IMG/VR virus record: IMGVR_UViG_3300042695_000536
Span: 1 to 64,000 of that record
Direction: 5' to 3' (one strand)
Source of the DNA: a virus
Lineage: Duplodnaviria > Caudoviricetes
Length of the DNA stretch: 64,000 nt
The position numbers and the translations under genes are program-made. Positions 1-9,510 of this stretch are shown piece after piece. The notes under the pieces are model-generated. The model was not told the origin of the DNA. It did not search any database and saw only the letters and a list, made by a program, of their open reading frames with translations. Position 1 is the stretch's first letter. Every line of letters starts with the position of its first letter.

Positions 1-78
1 AGGCTTAAAGCAGCATTAGAAGCAGCAACTGAGTTTAATATGAGCGTAGCTGCCCCCTATACATACATTCAAGTTTAG
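1..78 (+). CDS. 3' end of a truncated gene, possibly a proteasome-beta/HslV-like Ntn hydrolase
   Basis: Frame 1 reads RLKAALEAATEFNMSVAAPYTYIQV*; ALEAA..F..SV..P resembles Ntn-hydrolase C-termini; only 25 codons visible. Confidence 0.35.
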   Translation, partial: RLKAALEAATEFNMSVAAPYTYIQV

Positions 79-92
79 TGTATAATTAGTTA

Positions 93-305
93 ATGGATAT
101 AAACGACTTAAGACCAGACTATTCAAAATCAATGGACATAAGAGGTGTACCAACACATGTATGTCCATGCGGTTGTGAAATATGGAACCTTAAAGTTATT
201 TTTGATAGTTGTGAAATTGCAACTTATTTTTTAGATATGGAGTGTGCTAATTGTGGCACACTGGCAACAGCACCAACGCCACTGGATAGAGAAGAAGAAG
301 AATGA
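93..305 (+). CDS. small zinc-ribbon protein
   Basis: CPCGC and CANCG motifs; TGTATAAT just upstream of ATG (leaderless). Confidence 0.7.
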   Translation: MDINDLRPDYSKSMDIRGVPTHVCPCGCEIWNLKVIFDSCEIATYFLDMECANCGTLATAPTPLDREEEE

Positions 306-521
306 GATCACAAAGAAGAATTGACATGCTAGAACTTGAACTGTACAAAATTAGAATTGAATTAGATATAATGCACGAAATAATGAGCAACGTTATAAAC
401 GTACAGACCCAAGCGGCGGAAGCAAGAAATATGGATTCTGGCAAGTGGTATCCACGCAAAAACCCAAATCAGAATTCCTGATCTGTTGACAAACACCACT
501 CTATTTAGTAAGATTAGCTTT

Positions 522-1487
522 ATGAAAAAACTAATAGCTACTATGGCACTAATCGCCACAACAATCGCAATCACAGTAATGCCTGCACAGGCAAATCTAA
601 AGCCAAAAACAGTTGTACCAACATTGGCTATTTTAGACACAGCATTAGACACATCAATCCCATCAATTAAGTCAAGACTAGTTGCTGAGGTATGCATTTT
701 AGATTGGGCATCATGTCCCAACAAAACTAAATTTATGGAGGGAACAGGAGCATCAGTTCTTCCAATTAGCATGTTATCAACAAATAACTTTAACCATGGA
801 ACACAAATGGCTTCTGCAGCAATTGCAGCTAATCCAAACATTAATATCGTATTCATTAGAATTGTTGGCAATACATCAAAGGGCCAAGTACAAACTTATG
901 GACTCAATACTCTTGTCAATGCTTTAACATGGGTTAATAACAACAAAGCTAAGTACAATATTGTAGCAGTTGCATCAGCACATGCTACAAATGCTCCAGT
1001 TATTAAGAGAAGCGCTTCATCTGCTTATTGTCTGCCAACAGCAGTCGATACAGTAATTTCTAATTTAAATAACTCTGGCGTACCAGTATTCTTTCCTTCT
1101 GGAAATAGTGGTGGAAATACAAGCATGAATGGCAAGATCGAATGGCCAGCATGTATTAGCCAGTCAATTGCAGTTGGTGGAGTTGAAACTCTAAATCTAG
1201 ATAAGCCTCAAGTTTCTTTAACAAGCAACTATGATGTTAACCTTGTAGATCTATGGGGTGAAATTCAGCAGCCAACAATTTATCCTGGAAATGTTAGTGG
1301 ATATTCTTATGGAACATCTGTTTCTGTTCAAGTAATTGCTGCAAAGTACGTACAATTAAAGACCATGAAGCCAACGCTGACATCAACAGAGCTAATTTCA
1401 TTAATGAAGAAAGCTTCTGATCCAGTAGAAAACTCTTATGGACAAAACGTTTATCTGTTTAACTTGAGTAAAGTAATCAATGGATAG
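522..1487 (+). CDS. secreted subtilisin-like S8 serine peptidase
   Basis: Signal peptide MKKLIA...AQA; triad motifs ILDTA, NHGTQMA, YGTS; oxyanion SGN. The TTG at 486 is the TTGACA -35 box (TAAGAT -10 at 509-514), so the start is ATG 522. Confidence 0.85.
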   Translation: MKKLIATMALIATTIAITVMPAQANLKPKTVVPTLAILDTALDTSIPSIKSRLVAEVCILDWASCPNKTKFMEGTGASVLPISMLSTNNFNHGTQMASAAIAANPNINIVFIRIVGNTSKGQVQTYGLNTLVNALTWVNNNKAKYNIVAVASAHATNAPVIKRSASSAYCLPTAVDTVISNLNNSGVPVFFPSGNSGGNTSMNGKIEWPACISQSIAVGGVETLNLDKPQVSLTSNYDVNLVDLWGEIQQPTIYPGNVSGYSYGTSVSVQVIAAKYVQLKTMKPTLTSTELISLMKKASDPVENSYGQNVYLFNLSKVING

Positions 1488-1689
1488 TAAGTTAACTATA
1501 CTTGAAGAAATAATCAAGGAGATTGGTGAGGAGTTGTACCAGAAATGGTACAACGCCCTCGCCATTGAAGATAGAACAGAAGAAGCATCAAAAGCAATGT
1601 CTACAAATGCTGGTGAGACAGCCTTGTGGGTAATCCAAACATTTATGAATAAGTTTAATAATGCAGCGGACGAACTAAAGGGAGAGTAA
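1480..1689 (+). CDS. hypothetical protein
   Basis: ORF overlapping upstream stop, operon context. Confidence 0.65.
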   Translation: MDSKLTILEEIIKEIGEELYQKWYNALAIEDRTEEASKAMSTNAGETALWVIQTFMNKFNNAADELKGE

Positions 1690-1690
1690 G

Positions 1691-1993
1691 TTGATAGTTA
1701 CAGATGAAAGTTTCAATAGGGTTCTAGATTCTCATAATTTAGTCCTTATTGATTTTTGGGCTCCATGGTGCGGACCATGCTTAAAGGTGTCTCCCATACT
1801 AGATGAGATATCTAAAGAGCGTGGATTATGGGTCGGCAAGTTAAATGTTGATGAGAATCCTATAAAATCAGCAGAATACTCTGTAACATCTATCCCTTAT
1901 ATGGTACTATTTAAGTCTGGGAAGCCAGTAAAAACTATTACTGGTGCAAAACCTAAGCATGTTATGCTAGAAGAGCTTTCGGAATGGATCTAG
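1691..1993 (+). CDS. trxA: thioredoxin
   Basis: DFWAPWCGPC, VTSIP, GAKPK motifs. Confidence 0.95.
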   Translation: MIVTDESFNRVLDSHNLVLIDFWAPWCGPCLKVSPILDEISKERGLWVGKLNVDENPIKSAEYSVTSIPYMVLFKSGKPVKTITGAKPKHVMLEELSEWI

Positions 1994-2178
1994 AAAACAT
2001 AGGTTCAGATCATCTAGAGTTTGAAATATGGCTCAAAAGTGGTTACGACAGAGGCTGGATATCTGATGTATTTTGCGATACACATGATGGGCCACCTTTA
2101 ACAGATGAAGAAATGCAAGAATGGGAAGAAGGAGGAGATCCCTGCTCTTTCCATGTAAAAATAAATGCACTACATTAA
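1984..2178 (+). CDS. hypothetical protein
   Basis: C.THDG.P...EEGGDPC; coupled to thioredoxin gene. Confidence 0.65.
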   Translation: MDLENIGSDHLEFEIWLKSGYDRGWISDVFCDTHDGPPLTDEEMQEWEEGGDPCSFHVKINALH

Positions 2179-2226
2179 ATTTCTGTAATCGCAAAGGTCA
2201 CAGAGGAAATAAGGAGAATAAATTAA

Positions 2227-3471
2227 ATGAACTCATTTAAAAAAATCGCTCTAGCCGTGGTTGCAGCCATGACTTTGGGCACAATGGTAGCAACACCTGC
2301 AAGTGCTAACACCATGTCAGTTGTAGCATCCACATGGAATGCTGCAAAAACAGGTGGCGCAGGGTACGACACTCCAGCAACTGCTGGAACAGCGCTAACG
2401 ACTGCAATCGTACGTCCAGTACCTGCAGACAACACTGTTGACAATACAGACGTTGTTCAGATCGTGGCAACAGTAGTAGCAGGAACATCAGTTACTGCAA
2501 CTTCAACAAATGCAACAATCGTATCTGCACTACACTCAACTGCTGCACCAGTAGGAGCAACATCAGGATCATCATCTTTGACAGTTGCAACTGGTACAGG
2601 AACAACAGCAACATTTTATGTCTACACAAAGACAACAGCAATTGGAACAATTGTAATTACAAATGGCCCAGTAACTTTGACATACTATGTTCAAGGTACT
2701 GCTGGTCTTATTAATAATCTAACAGTTTCTGCTCCTGCTACAGGCGCTGCAGGAACAAGACAAGATATTACAGTATCTGCAACAGATGTATTTGGCAACA
2801 AGGTGTCTGGCAAGTCAATTACTGCAACAGTGTTTGCTGCTACAGCAGTTATGGATACAGCAACAGCAACAACTGGTGCAACTCTTTCAGACTTTGGAGT
2901 TGCAACATTTAAGGCAACGCTTCCAGCTGCTGGAACACGATCACTAATCACATTTAGTCCAACAACTGCTGGAGATGCAACCACTACCGATGTAGTTGGT
3001 CTACCTGCTCGTGTACTAGCGCCATTCGCAGAGATTGCAGTTCGTGATCTAGTATCAGAACTTGCTGCTGAGAAGGCTGCAAAAGATGCAGCACTCGCCG
3101 CTAAGGCTGTATCAGATGCTGCAGTTGTAAAGGCTGCTGCGGATGCAGTTGCTGCTAAGGCTGTTTCAGATGCTGCTCTTGCAAAGGCTGCTGCGGATGC
3201 AGTTGCTGCCAAGACTGCCTCAGATAAAGCACTTGCAGATGCAAAGACTGCTTCAGATGCAGCACTTGCTGCTGAGAAGGCTGCTTCTGCTAAGGCACTT
3301 GCTGATGCAAAGACTGCACACGATGCAGTTGTCCTTGCTAAGGATGCAGCTATTGCTAAGCTGACAGCAGACAATGCTAAAGCACTTGCTTCTTTAAAGA
3401 AGTCATTCAATGCACTCGCTACAAAGTGGAATGCAAAGAATCCAAAAGCTAAGGTAACCCTAGTTAAGTAA
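2227..3471 (+). CDS. secreted Ala/Thr-rich surface protein with C-terminal coiled coil
   Basis: AAGGAG RBS; signal peptide ending PASA; Thr/Val beta-rich N-half; AAKAxSDAA repeats. Confidence 0.75.
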   Translation: MNSFKKIALAVVAAMTLGTMVATPASANTMSVVASTWNAAKTGGAGYDTPATAGTALTTAIVRPVPADNTVDNTDVVQIVATVVAGTSVTATSTNATIVSALHSTAAPVGATSGSSSLTVATGTGTTATFYVYTKTTAIGTIVITNGPVTLTYYVQGTAGLINNLTVSAPATGAAGTRQDITVSATDVFGNKVSGKSITATVFAATAVMDTATATTGATLSDFGVATFKATLPAAGTRSLITFSPTTAGDATTTDVVGLPARVLAPFAEIAVRDLVSELAAEKAAKDAALAAKAVSDAAVVKAAADAVAAKAVSDAALAKAAADAVAAKTASDKALADAKTASDAALAAEKAASAKALADAKTAHDAVVLAKDAAIAKLTADNAKALASLKKSFNALATKWNAKNPKAKVTLVK

Positions 3472-3477
3472 TTTTTT

Positions 3478-3503
3478 AAGGGCAGTGGGAAACCACTGCC
3501 CTT
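3478..3503 (+). terminator. hairpin terminator
   Basis: AAGGGCAGTGG-GAAA-CCACTGCCCTT perfect inverted repeat after stop. Confidence 0.7.
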
Positions 3504-3519
3504 AATTAGGGAAACTGAT

Positions 3520-4149
3520 ATGAATTTACTTTTAGAATTTAAAAAAGCAGCCATAAATGAAGAAGCTGTTTTGATTAAAGATTATTTTAAAACAGAATTT
3601 ACTTGGCAAAATGTTTTAGATTTTGTATACGATCAAACAAAAATAAATAACCCTGACCTGGAATCAAAAAATAAGGAACAGGGCCCAGGCGTAGACACAT
3701 ACGGTAATATTCTAGCCCAAAAACCTATGTGGCTTGCTCCTCAAACTGGATTAGTCTGGGAACATTTTCCTGAAATGAAAGATTTTTTAGTTAAGATAAA
3801 TAAAGAATCAGGTTTTAATGCAGACTTTTCAAATTGTAATTATTATAAAGAATGGGATGCCAGAGGATGTACCTGCGGAGCTTTGTGGCACACAGAAGGC
3901 ATAAAAGTTTCATTGGGAGAAAAATCTGTAGGAGAGCATAGCGACCCTTGGCCAGCTTGCTACCTTCAATCAATTGGTACTTCTTTTTGGGAAATAAAAG
4001 GAAAAAACTCAACAACAACTTATGAGTTAAAAGAGGGAGACCTATTGTTTTTCCCTAAAAAAACAACACATCGTGTTTGGGCCCCTGGCCCAAGGACAGG
4101 TTTTCTAGTAAATGCTGATAGAAATAATCCTATTGCGGATGATCTTTAA
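3520..4149 (+). CDS. cupin/JmjC-like oxygenase
   Basis: HSD...LKEGDLLFFPKKTTHRV. Confidence 0.7.
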   Translation: MNLLLEFKKAAINEEAVLIKDYFKTEFTWQNVLDFVYDQTKINNPDLESKNKEQGPGVDTYGNILAQKPMWLAPQTGLVWEHFPEMKDFLVKINKESGFNADFSNCNYYKEWDARGCTCGALWHTEGIKVSLGEKSVGEHSDPWPACYLQSIGTSFWEIKGKNSTTTYELKEGDLLFFPKKTTHRVWAPGPRTGFLVNADRNNPIADDL

Positions 4150-4312
4150 AAATGGTACAATTAGATAATGAATGGGATCACTTTCATGTGATTCAAAAAA
4201 AAGTTCTAGAAGATCTAATTAAAGAATTAGAAAGTTTAGAGATCCCACCAGACTGGAGACCAAGAGAGGTTTTAAGTTTAGTACTTAGAAAATTAAAAGA
4301 AAAAGAGGCATC

Positions 4313-4558
4313 ATGTTAAATAAGTTAAAAAATTTGTTAGGGTTCAAGTCAGTTGAATCAGAGATTGAATTGATCCTGAAAGAGCTAAGCTCACCAGCCA
4401 AGAAGGCACCAGCCAAGAAGGCACCAGCCAAGAAGGCACCAGCCAAGAAGTCACCAGCCAAGAAGGCACCAGCCAAGAAGGCACCAGCCAAGAAGGCACC
4501 AGCCAAGAAGGCACCAGCCAAGAAGGCTGGCGTTACTAAGAGCAAGTCAGTAAAGTGA
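4313..4558 (+). CDS. histone H1-like PAKK-repeat basic protein
   Basis: Nine (A/S)PAKK units. Confidence 0.75.
   Translation: MLNKLKNLLGFKSVESEIELILKELSSPAKKAPAKKAPAKKAPAKKSPAKKAPAKKAPAKKAPAKKAPAKKAGVTKSKSVK
4391..4525 (+). repeat. 15-bp tandem repeat x9
   Basis: (G/T)CACCAGCCAAGAAG repeated nine times. Confidence 0.95.
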
Positions 4559-4779
4559 TAGATCCTAATAAGAAAAGCCTATACAAATCAATTACATGGC
4601 CATTTGTGCATGTATTTTTTGTAGGAGGGTTACTTTATATTGTAACTAAACTTCTTACAGGAGAAGCTGAATGGGAATATATTGGAATTGGAGCTATATC
4701 ATACTTGCTCGTAGAAATGTCATTCTATTATCTTCATGAAAAAATTTGGGAAAAGATTAAAGGTAAGCAATTAAATTAA
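4555..4779 (+). CDS. small membrane protein, DUF2061-like
   Basis: SLYKSITW...YYLHEKIW; two hydrophobic segments. Confidence 0.7.
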   Translation: MIDPNKKSLYKSITWPFVHVFFVGGLLYIVTKLLTGEAEWEYIGIGAISYLLVEMSFYYLHEKIWEKIKGKQLN

Positions 4780-4917
4780 TGACCGATTTAGATAAGTGTG
4801 AAATTAAAGATTGTTTTGGAGAAGCAAAATATATAACTTCTACAGAAACCAAAATGATTCAAGTATGTAAGACCTGTTATAATAAAATTTATAAAAGGTA
4901 AATAGCAAAGGGATAAA

Positions 4918-5388
4918 ATGGAAAATTTAATTAATCTGTTAAAAACATTTCAAGCTAATTCTGTGGTATACACAAATTTAGTAAGAGGCTTTTTCTGGAA
5001 TACAGAATCTGTCTTGATGCGTCAATCACGCATTGTTTATGAAGATATCTATCTAGACTCTGAAGAGGGCGTACACAATACCTCAACATGGCTTCGCCGA
5101 TTAGGCGGAGAAGCGCCTTACACCCTAGAAGAGTATGCATCCAACCAAACTCTAGGAAATGTTAAGCCAGATACATACTGTGGCGTGGAAATGGCAATTC
5201 ACTTAGTTCCAATTAATAAGAAGATGATCGAAGAGATTAAAAACCTTATCTCTGTTGCAAATGAAAACAACGAGTACGGACTATCATCATATCTATCTGA
5301 ACGACTTTCAGCGCATCAAGAATGGAACTGGTTCTTGGAGTCAAGCCTAAAGCTTCCTCCTAACCCATGGAAGTCACTAAAAGACTAA
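4918..5388 (+). CDS. Dps-like ferritin-fold protein, atypical metal centre
   Basis: WN...LRRLGGEAP and H..W.WFL.S pattern, 156 aa. Confidence 0.75.
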   Translation: MENLINLLKTFQANSVVYTNLVRGFFWNTESVLMRQSRIVYEDIYLDSEEGVHNTSTWLRRLGGEAPYTLEEYASNQTLGNVKPDTYCGVEMAIHLVPINKKMIEEIKNLISVANENNEYGLSSYLSERLSAHQEWNWFLESSLKLPPNPWKSLKD

Positions 5389-5389
5389 G

Positions 5390-6388
5390 TTGTCACAATA
5401 CAAGATCAGCGCAGTACAAATAGATGTAAACGGTCTATGTAATGCTGGATGTTGGTTTTGCCCAGTTTCTTATGAAGGAAACCCAAAATCTGCTATTAGA
5501 GATATGGAGTTGGGGGAGTTAGAAAATATACTCTCTCAACTTCATAATGGCAAAGGTGATTTTGTAGACCCTAATCTAAAAAACATTTATACAGCTAATT
5601 ACAACGAAGTGTTATTGTATAAAAACTTTGAAGAGATGTTTGATTTGTATAGAAAATATAACTTTACAATAAACATACTTACAAATGGTACTCCACTTAC
5701 CAAGAAAAAAGTTGATATAATTAAAAAAAATATCGATGTGATTGGTGGAATTCTTTTAAATATACCATCTGGAGATAAAACCAGATGGTCTAAGTATGTA
5801 AATTTAAATGAAAAAATGTTTGATAAAATGGTAGATAATGTTTTATATGCTGCAGAAGAACTAAATGAATTAGTTTTAGAAAATAGATTTTTTTTAATGG
5901 TTAATGGTCTAAATAATAATTCATTAGTTGAAAATGGTGGGTGGTTAGACATACTTCCTGGAGCCCCAGATTTAAATTTAGATGTAGAGTCTGGAGATTT
6001 AGCTCAAGAGGTTAAGCTATTAAAATCTATATTCCCTTCAATTGAAGTTTTCCCAGCCCACCATTTATACGACAGAGCAGGCCACCTTGCTGATTCAGGA
6101 ATAATTGATCAGACTTCAGCTATTAATAAATATTTGGCGGGAGAAGGCAAGAAGGTAATAGGATGCAATGGTGGATTAGGCGTAAGAAGCAGAACTAATG
6201 AGTGGATACATATTAACCCAAATGGTGACTTATTTATCTGCTGCGCTGATTTTGATTTTAAGACAGTGTACGGAAATTCTAATAAATCTACAATTAAAGA
6301 TATATGGTTTAGCAAAGAGAGAACAAACATGATAGAAGACTCATACTCTAATATGTGTACCAAGTGCTCAGCGGCCATCTGGGGCTAG
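5390..6388 (+). CDS. radical SAM protein with SPASM/twitch domain
   Basis: CNAGCWFC; TNGTPL; INPNGDLFICC...IW...CTKC. Confidence 0.9.
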   Translation: MSQYKISAVQIDVNGLCNAGCWFCPVSYEGNPKSAIRDMELGELENILSQLHNGKGDFVDPNLKNIYTANYNEVLLYKNFEEMFDLYRKYNFTINILTNGTPLTKKKVDIIKKNIDVIGGILLNIPSGDKTRWSKYVNLNEKMFDKMVDNVLYAAEELNELVLENRFFLMVNGLNNNSLVENGGWLDILPGAPDLNLDVESGDLAQEVKLLKSIFPSIEVFPAHHLYDRAGHLADSGIIDQTSAINKYLAGEGKKVIGCNGGLGVRSRTNEWIHINPNGDLFICCADFDFKTVYGNSNKSTIKDIWFSKERTNMIEDSYSNMCTKCSAAIWG

Positions 6389-6393
6389 CGCAG

Positions 6394-6498
6394 ATGTGTT
6401 GGATATGCGGATGTGCAGACCACGTGGGTCTTGGCAATGAGAGGCCCACAGAGGCAGAAGTTGATCCTAATCAACTAAATGATATAATAGATTCATAA
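6394..6498 (+). CDS. MCxxCGC micropeptide, 34 aa
   Basis: MCWICGCADHVGLGNERPTEAEVDPNQLNDIIDS; starts 6 nt after the rSAM stop. Confidence 0.6.
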   Translation: MCWICGCADHVGLGNERPTEAEVDPNQLNDIIDS

Positions 6499-6545
6499 GT
6501 GGAATACTAGTCCCGCTTAAATAAATAACCTATAGGAGCAATAAC

Positions 6546-6698
6546 ATGTCAGACGGAAAAGATTTAAACGGATTTACATCACCAAAAGTAAACGATTCAA
6601 CAGTATGGGGTAACAACGAGCAGTACGCAGCTGACCCAAAGGCAGCATTCCCATCAACAGACGTTTCAAACCAAGCGCAGGCTCAGGGTCCAAAGTAA
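6546..6698 (+). CDS. micropeptide, 50 aa
   Basis: AGGAG RBS; MSDGKDLNGFTSPK...QAQAQGPK. Confidence 0.7.
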   Translation: MSDGKDLNGFTSPKVNDSTVWGNNEQYAADPKAAFPSTDVSNQAQAQGPK

Positions 6699-6699
6699 T

Positions 6700-6792
6700 A
6701 TGTGCTTTGAATGCGGTTGCGAAAGCGTAGGAAGCGAAACTGGAATTAAAGAAGTTAATATCCAGGATGTATCAGATCAAAGGGATCAATAA
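6700..6792 (+). CDS. MCxxCGC micropeptide, 30 aa
   Basis: MCFECGCESVGSETGIKEVNIQDVSDQRDQ; abuts upstream stop. Confidence 0.65.
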   Translation: MCFECGCESVGSETGIKEVNIQDVSDQRDQ

Positions 6793-6899
6793 TGTGTAAA
6801 GATTGTGCATGCGGTAAAGACGAGCAAATTCAGTATGAATCAGCTCCATCACCAGCTAACAATAATGTTGTAACTATCTCACAAATTAAGGGAGCGTAG
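6792..6899 (+). CDS. MCxxCxC micropeptide, 35 aa
   Basis: MCKDCACGKDEQIQYESAPSPANNNVVTISQIKGA; TAATG coupling. Confidence 0.65.
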   Translation: MCKDCACGKDEQIQYESAPSPANNNVVTISQIKGA

Positions 6900-7081
6900 T
6901 GTCAGAAAACGTTGTAAGCTCTGGAGAAGCAACAAAAAAGAATCCTTCTCAGGGTAAATTTAAATCTGGCGTACAGCCTAAAAGACCTCCAATGAAAATC
7001 GATGTCAACAAGCACGGTATTAGAAGAGAAACACCAGCTGTTCCTCAAGCACCTAGAAAAACTGGAAGAAAGAAAGTATAA
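6899..7081 (+). CDS. small basic protein
   Basis: GTG start coupled to upstream TAG; Lys/Arg-rich. Confidence 0.6.
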   Translation: MSENVVSSGEATKKNPSQGKFKSGVQPKRPPMKIDVNKHGIRRETPAVPQAPRKTGRKKV

Positions 7082-7218
7082 TGCCTCCAAAAAAATTTGG
7101 CAGGCAAGTACCTTTTAACGACACGATTATTCGTGATGGTAAAATTGTGAGATTAAGAAAAGACGGTAGAATAAAAGCTATCGTAGGAGATTACTCTCCA
7201 AAACATCCAAAGAAATAG
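7081..7218 (+). CDS. small basic protein, 45 aa
   Basis: MPPKKFGRQVPFNDTIIRDGKIVRLRKDGRIKA...; TAATG coupling. Confidence 0.6.
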   Translation: MPPKKFGRQVPFNDTIIRDGKIVRLRKDGRIKAIVGDYSPKHPKK

Positions 7219-7254
7219 ACTATCTATTATCTTTCTAAAGGTAGGAACTATCAG

Positions 7255-8121
7255 TTGATTATAAATGGTAAAGAGATTGAGGTAGAAAAACTTCATGAAA
7301 AAGTTTGGGTGTTTAAAAATGCCCTAAGTAACTCTAATGAGATGCTAGAATACTACCTAAGTAACTATGAAGATAAGTCTGTACCTTGGTATACGTTTGG
7401 CTTTCATATATTAATACCAACATCCAGAGGATACTTTGAGTCATTTCCAAGCAAAGATGATTGGCAAAAGTTTATGGATGAAAATTTTTCTGATAAAGAA
7501 ATTGGAATTACAAATAATGAGTACGTTAAAGATTTGTTTAAAGTATTTCATGAATCTTCAGTTCAGTACTTTGGCTCAGTTAAAGTGGATTACGATAACT
7601 GGTGCTGGGATTCGGTTGATATAGCTTACTATAAAGACGGAATGGGCGTTAACGATTTCCAGGGCATGAACTACCACACTGATTTCCAAGAAGAAAGAAG
7701 AGAAGATCCTGGACTAAAGTTTGGAACAACATGCTTATTCTATTTGAATGATGATTATGAAGATGGTGGAGTAAACATTATAGAGCTAAGTGATGATAAG
7801 GAAGATCTACTCAGTCACGTATACTACAAGCCAAATGCTGGTGACTTAATAATGTTCCCTTCTGGTCACCCTTTTTACCATAGCCCAATGATTGCTAAGG
7901 GCGGATCTAAAGCGCTAATTAGAGCTTACTGGAGATACGAGTACCCAGGATCAGAAGCCTGGCATTCTGAAAAAGCTCAACACTCTGAAGAAGAGTGGAC
8001 AGAAATTCTTCGTGAAAGACACAAGGAAGGCTCTTATAATCAAGGAAGGAGCCTTAATAAGTGGAACGAGAAAATAATCGAGAACGGCTGGAACGAGAAC
8101 TTAATCAAGAAGGAAGTCTAA
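7255..8121 (+). CDS. 2OG-Fe(II) oxygenase, P4Hc-like
   Basis: YHTD; FYLNDDYEDGG; KPNAGDLIMFPS..H. Confidence 0.85.
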   Translation: MIINGKEIEVEKLHEKVWVFKNALSNSNEMLEYYLSNYEDKSVPWYTFGFHILIPTSRGYFESFPSKDDWQKFMDENFSDKEIGITNNEYVKDLFKVFHESSVQYFGSVKVDYDNWCWDSVDIAYYKDGMGVNDFQGMNYHTDFQEERREDPGLKFGTTCLFYLNDDYEDGGVNIIELSDDKEDLLSHVYYKPNAGDLIMFPSGHPFYHSPMIAKGGSKALIRAYWRYEYPGSEAWHSEKAQHSEEEWTEILRERHKEGSYNQGRSLNKWNEKIIENGWNENLIKKEV

Positions 8122-8930
8122 AGCAGCTATATTTTTTGCACATACCAAAAACTGCTGGTAAATATGTATCTGCAAATATAAAGAAATCTTTAGATAAAAA
8201 TAATATACCTTACTACATAAGTACACACTATCCAAACAATAAAAATTTTGTTAACAAAGCCTACATATCTATGCATGCTGGTACCTATCCAATTGATCTA
8301 ATAGACTCTTTAGATGTTGCTGTTGTAGTAAGACACCCAGTTGAAGCTAGACTAAGCTATTTTAATTTTATATATAATCGTGCTCTTTTTTTAAGAGATG
8401 AGTATATTGAAAGAAAGTCCACGCTGGAAAAATTAAGATACTATCTTTTTGAAGATCCAAATTTTAAGCTACACAATAACTATCAATCCAGGTTTATTTG
8501 CAATTCAGCTGATGAGCGTTCATTTGATCCTAGAAGCTTTTACACAAAAAATCATGAAGAAATGATGGATCCATTTTTTAAAAAGGGAGAGGCGTTTACT
8601 TGGTTTGTTGGAAACGAAAAAACTTCTAAAGAAAATGCAATGGAAGCGATAAAAAAGTTTAAAATTGTAAACTCTTTAGACAATATTGCTATGTTTGAAA
8701 AAAATATCAGCGATTGGTTTAATAATAACTATCAAATAGAAATAGATTTTGACCAGAACAATCTTATAAACTACGGATCTTTTTCATACGGAGATGAGAA
8801 AAACATTACTACTGAATACCTGATGTCTCTTATATCTGAAGAAGACATTGATCTGATTATAAAAAATAATGATATTGATTACTTTATTTACAATTATGTG
8901 AAGGATAATGAGACAAATGGCATTTCTTAG
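8061..8930 (+). CDS. sulfotransferase-family protein
   Basis: LYFLHIPKTAG PAPS-binding loop; VRHPVEARLSYF. Confidence 0.75.
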   Translation: MERENNRERLERELNQEGSLKQLYFLHIPKTAGKYVSANIKKSLDKNNIPYYISTHYPNNKNFVNKAYISMHAGTYPIDLIDSLDVAVVVRHPVEARLSYFNFIYNRALFLRDEYIERKSTLEKLRYYLFEDPNFKLHNNYQSRFICNSADERSFDPRSFYTKNHEEMMDPFFKKGEAFTWFVGNEKTSKENAMEAIKKFKIVNSLDNIAMFEKNISDWFNNNYQIEIDFDQNNLINYGSFSYGDEKNITTEYLMSLISEEDIDLIIKNNDIDYFIYNYVKDNETNGIS

Positions 8931-9510
8931 AGGAGATCTGACTCCAAAAAAAGAGTTAGAAGATTTTAATTTTAGATTTAATAAAACTTATGATGTAGAT
9001 CATATTGCAGATGCTTTACAAAAATTTAGCTCTGAATGGCTAATTAATCAGAATAGGCAAAATGTGGTTTATGTAGGCAGAGCAAATCCACATGCACACA
9101 CACAAACATTTATAGTACAAGACCACAGCCTAGAGTGGGACTTTGGAACAAAGATAGATGCAGTCGTTAAAGACCAAAACATTTTTGATTTAGTCTCACC
9201 TATAGTAAAAGATCTAGAGTCAATCTACGGTGGCACTTCTGGAAGAGTCCTACTGATTAAGCTTGAATCCAATAAGGATGTTTCAGAGCATACCGATAGA
9301 GGAGATTACCTATCTACTGTAAAGAGATTTCATATACCGATTATAACAAATGATAGTGTTTATTATACTGTTAATGGAGAAAAAATTAACATGAAGTGCG
9401 GAGAATGTTGGGAGATAAATAACTTAAAGCCGCATTCTGTTTTAAATGATAGCAGCATAGATAGAGTTCATTTATTAATAGACATATTCCCAGATTCATC
9501 TAATAAATGA
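8908..9510 (+). CDS. aspartyl/asparaginyl beta-hydroxylase-like oxygenase
   Basis: HTD; RFHIPIITN; WEINN.KPHSV.N; RVHLLID. Confidence 0.85.
   Translation: MRQMAFLRGDLTPKKELEDFNFRFNKTYDVDHIADALQKFSSEWLINQNRQNVVYVGRANPHAHTQTFIVQDHSLEWDFGTKIDAVVKDQNIFDLVSPIVKDLESIYGGTSGRVLLIKLESNKDVSEHTDRGDYLSTVKRFHIPIITNDSVYYTVNGEKINMKCGECWEINNLKPHSVLNDSSIDRVHLLIDIFPDSSNK

Noticed and set aside
2691-3554. 287-aa - strand ORF
   Set aside because: Antisense shadow of the GCW-rich surface protein gene; no RBS
4285-4545. - strand GAFLA-repeat ORF
   Set aside because: Reverse complement of the PAKK repeat; the + strand has the RBS and operon context
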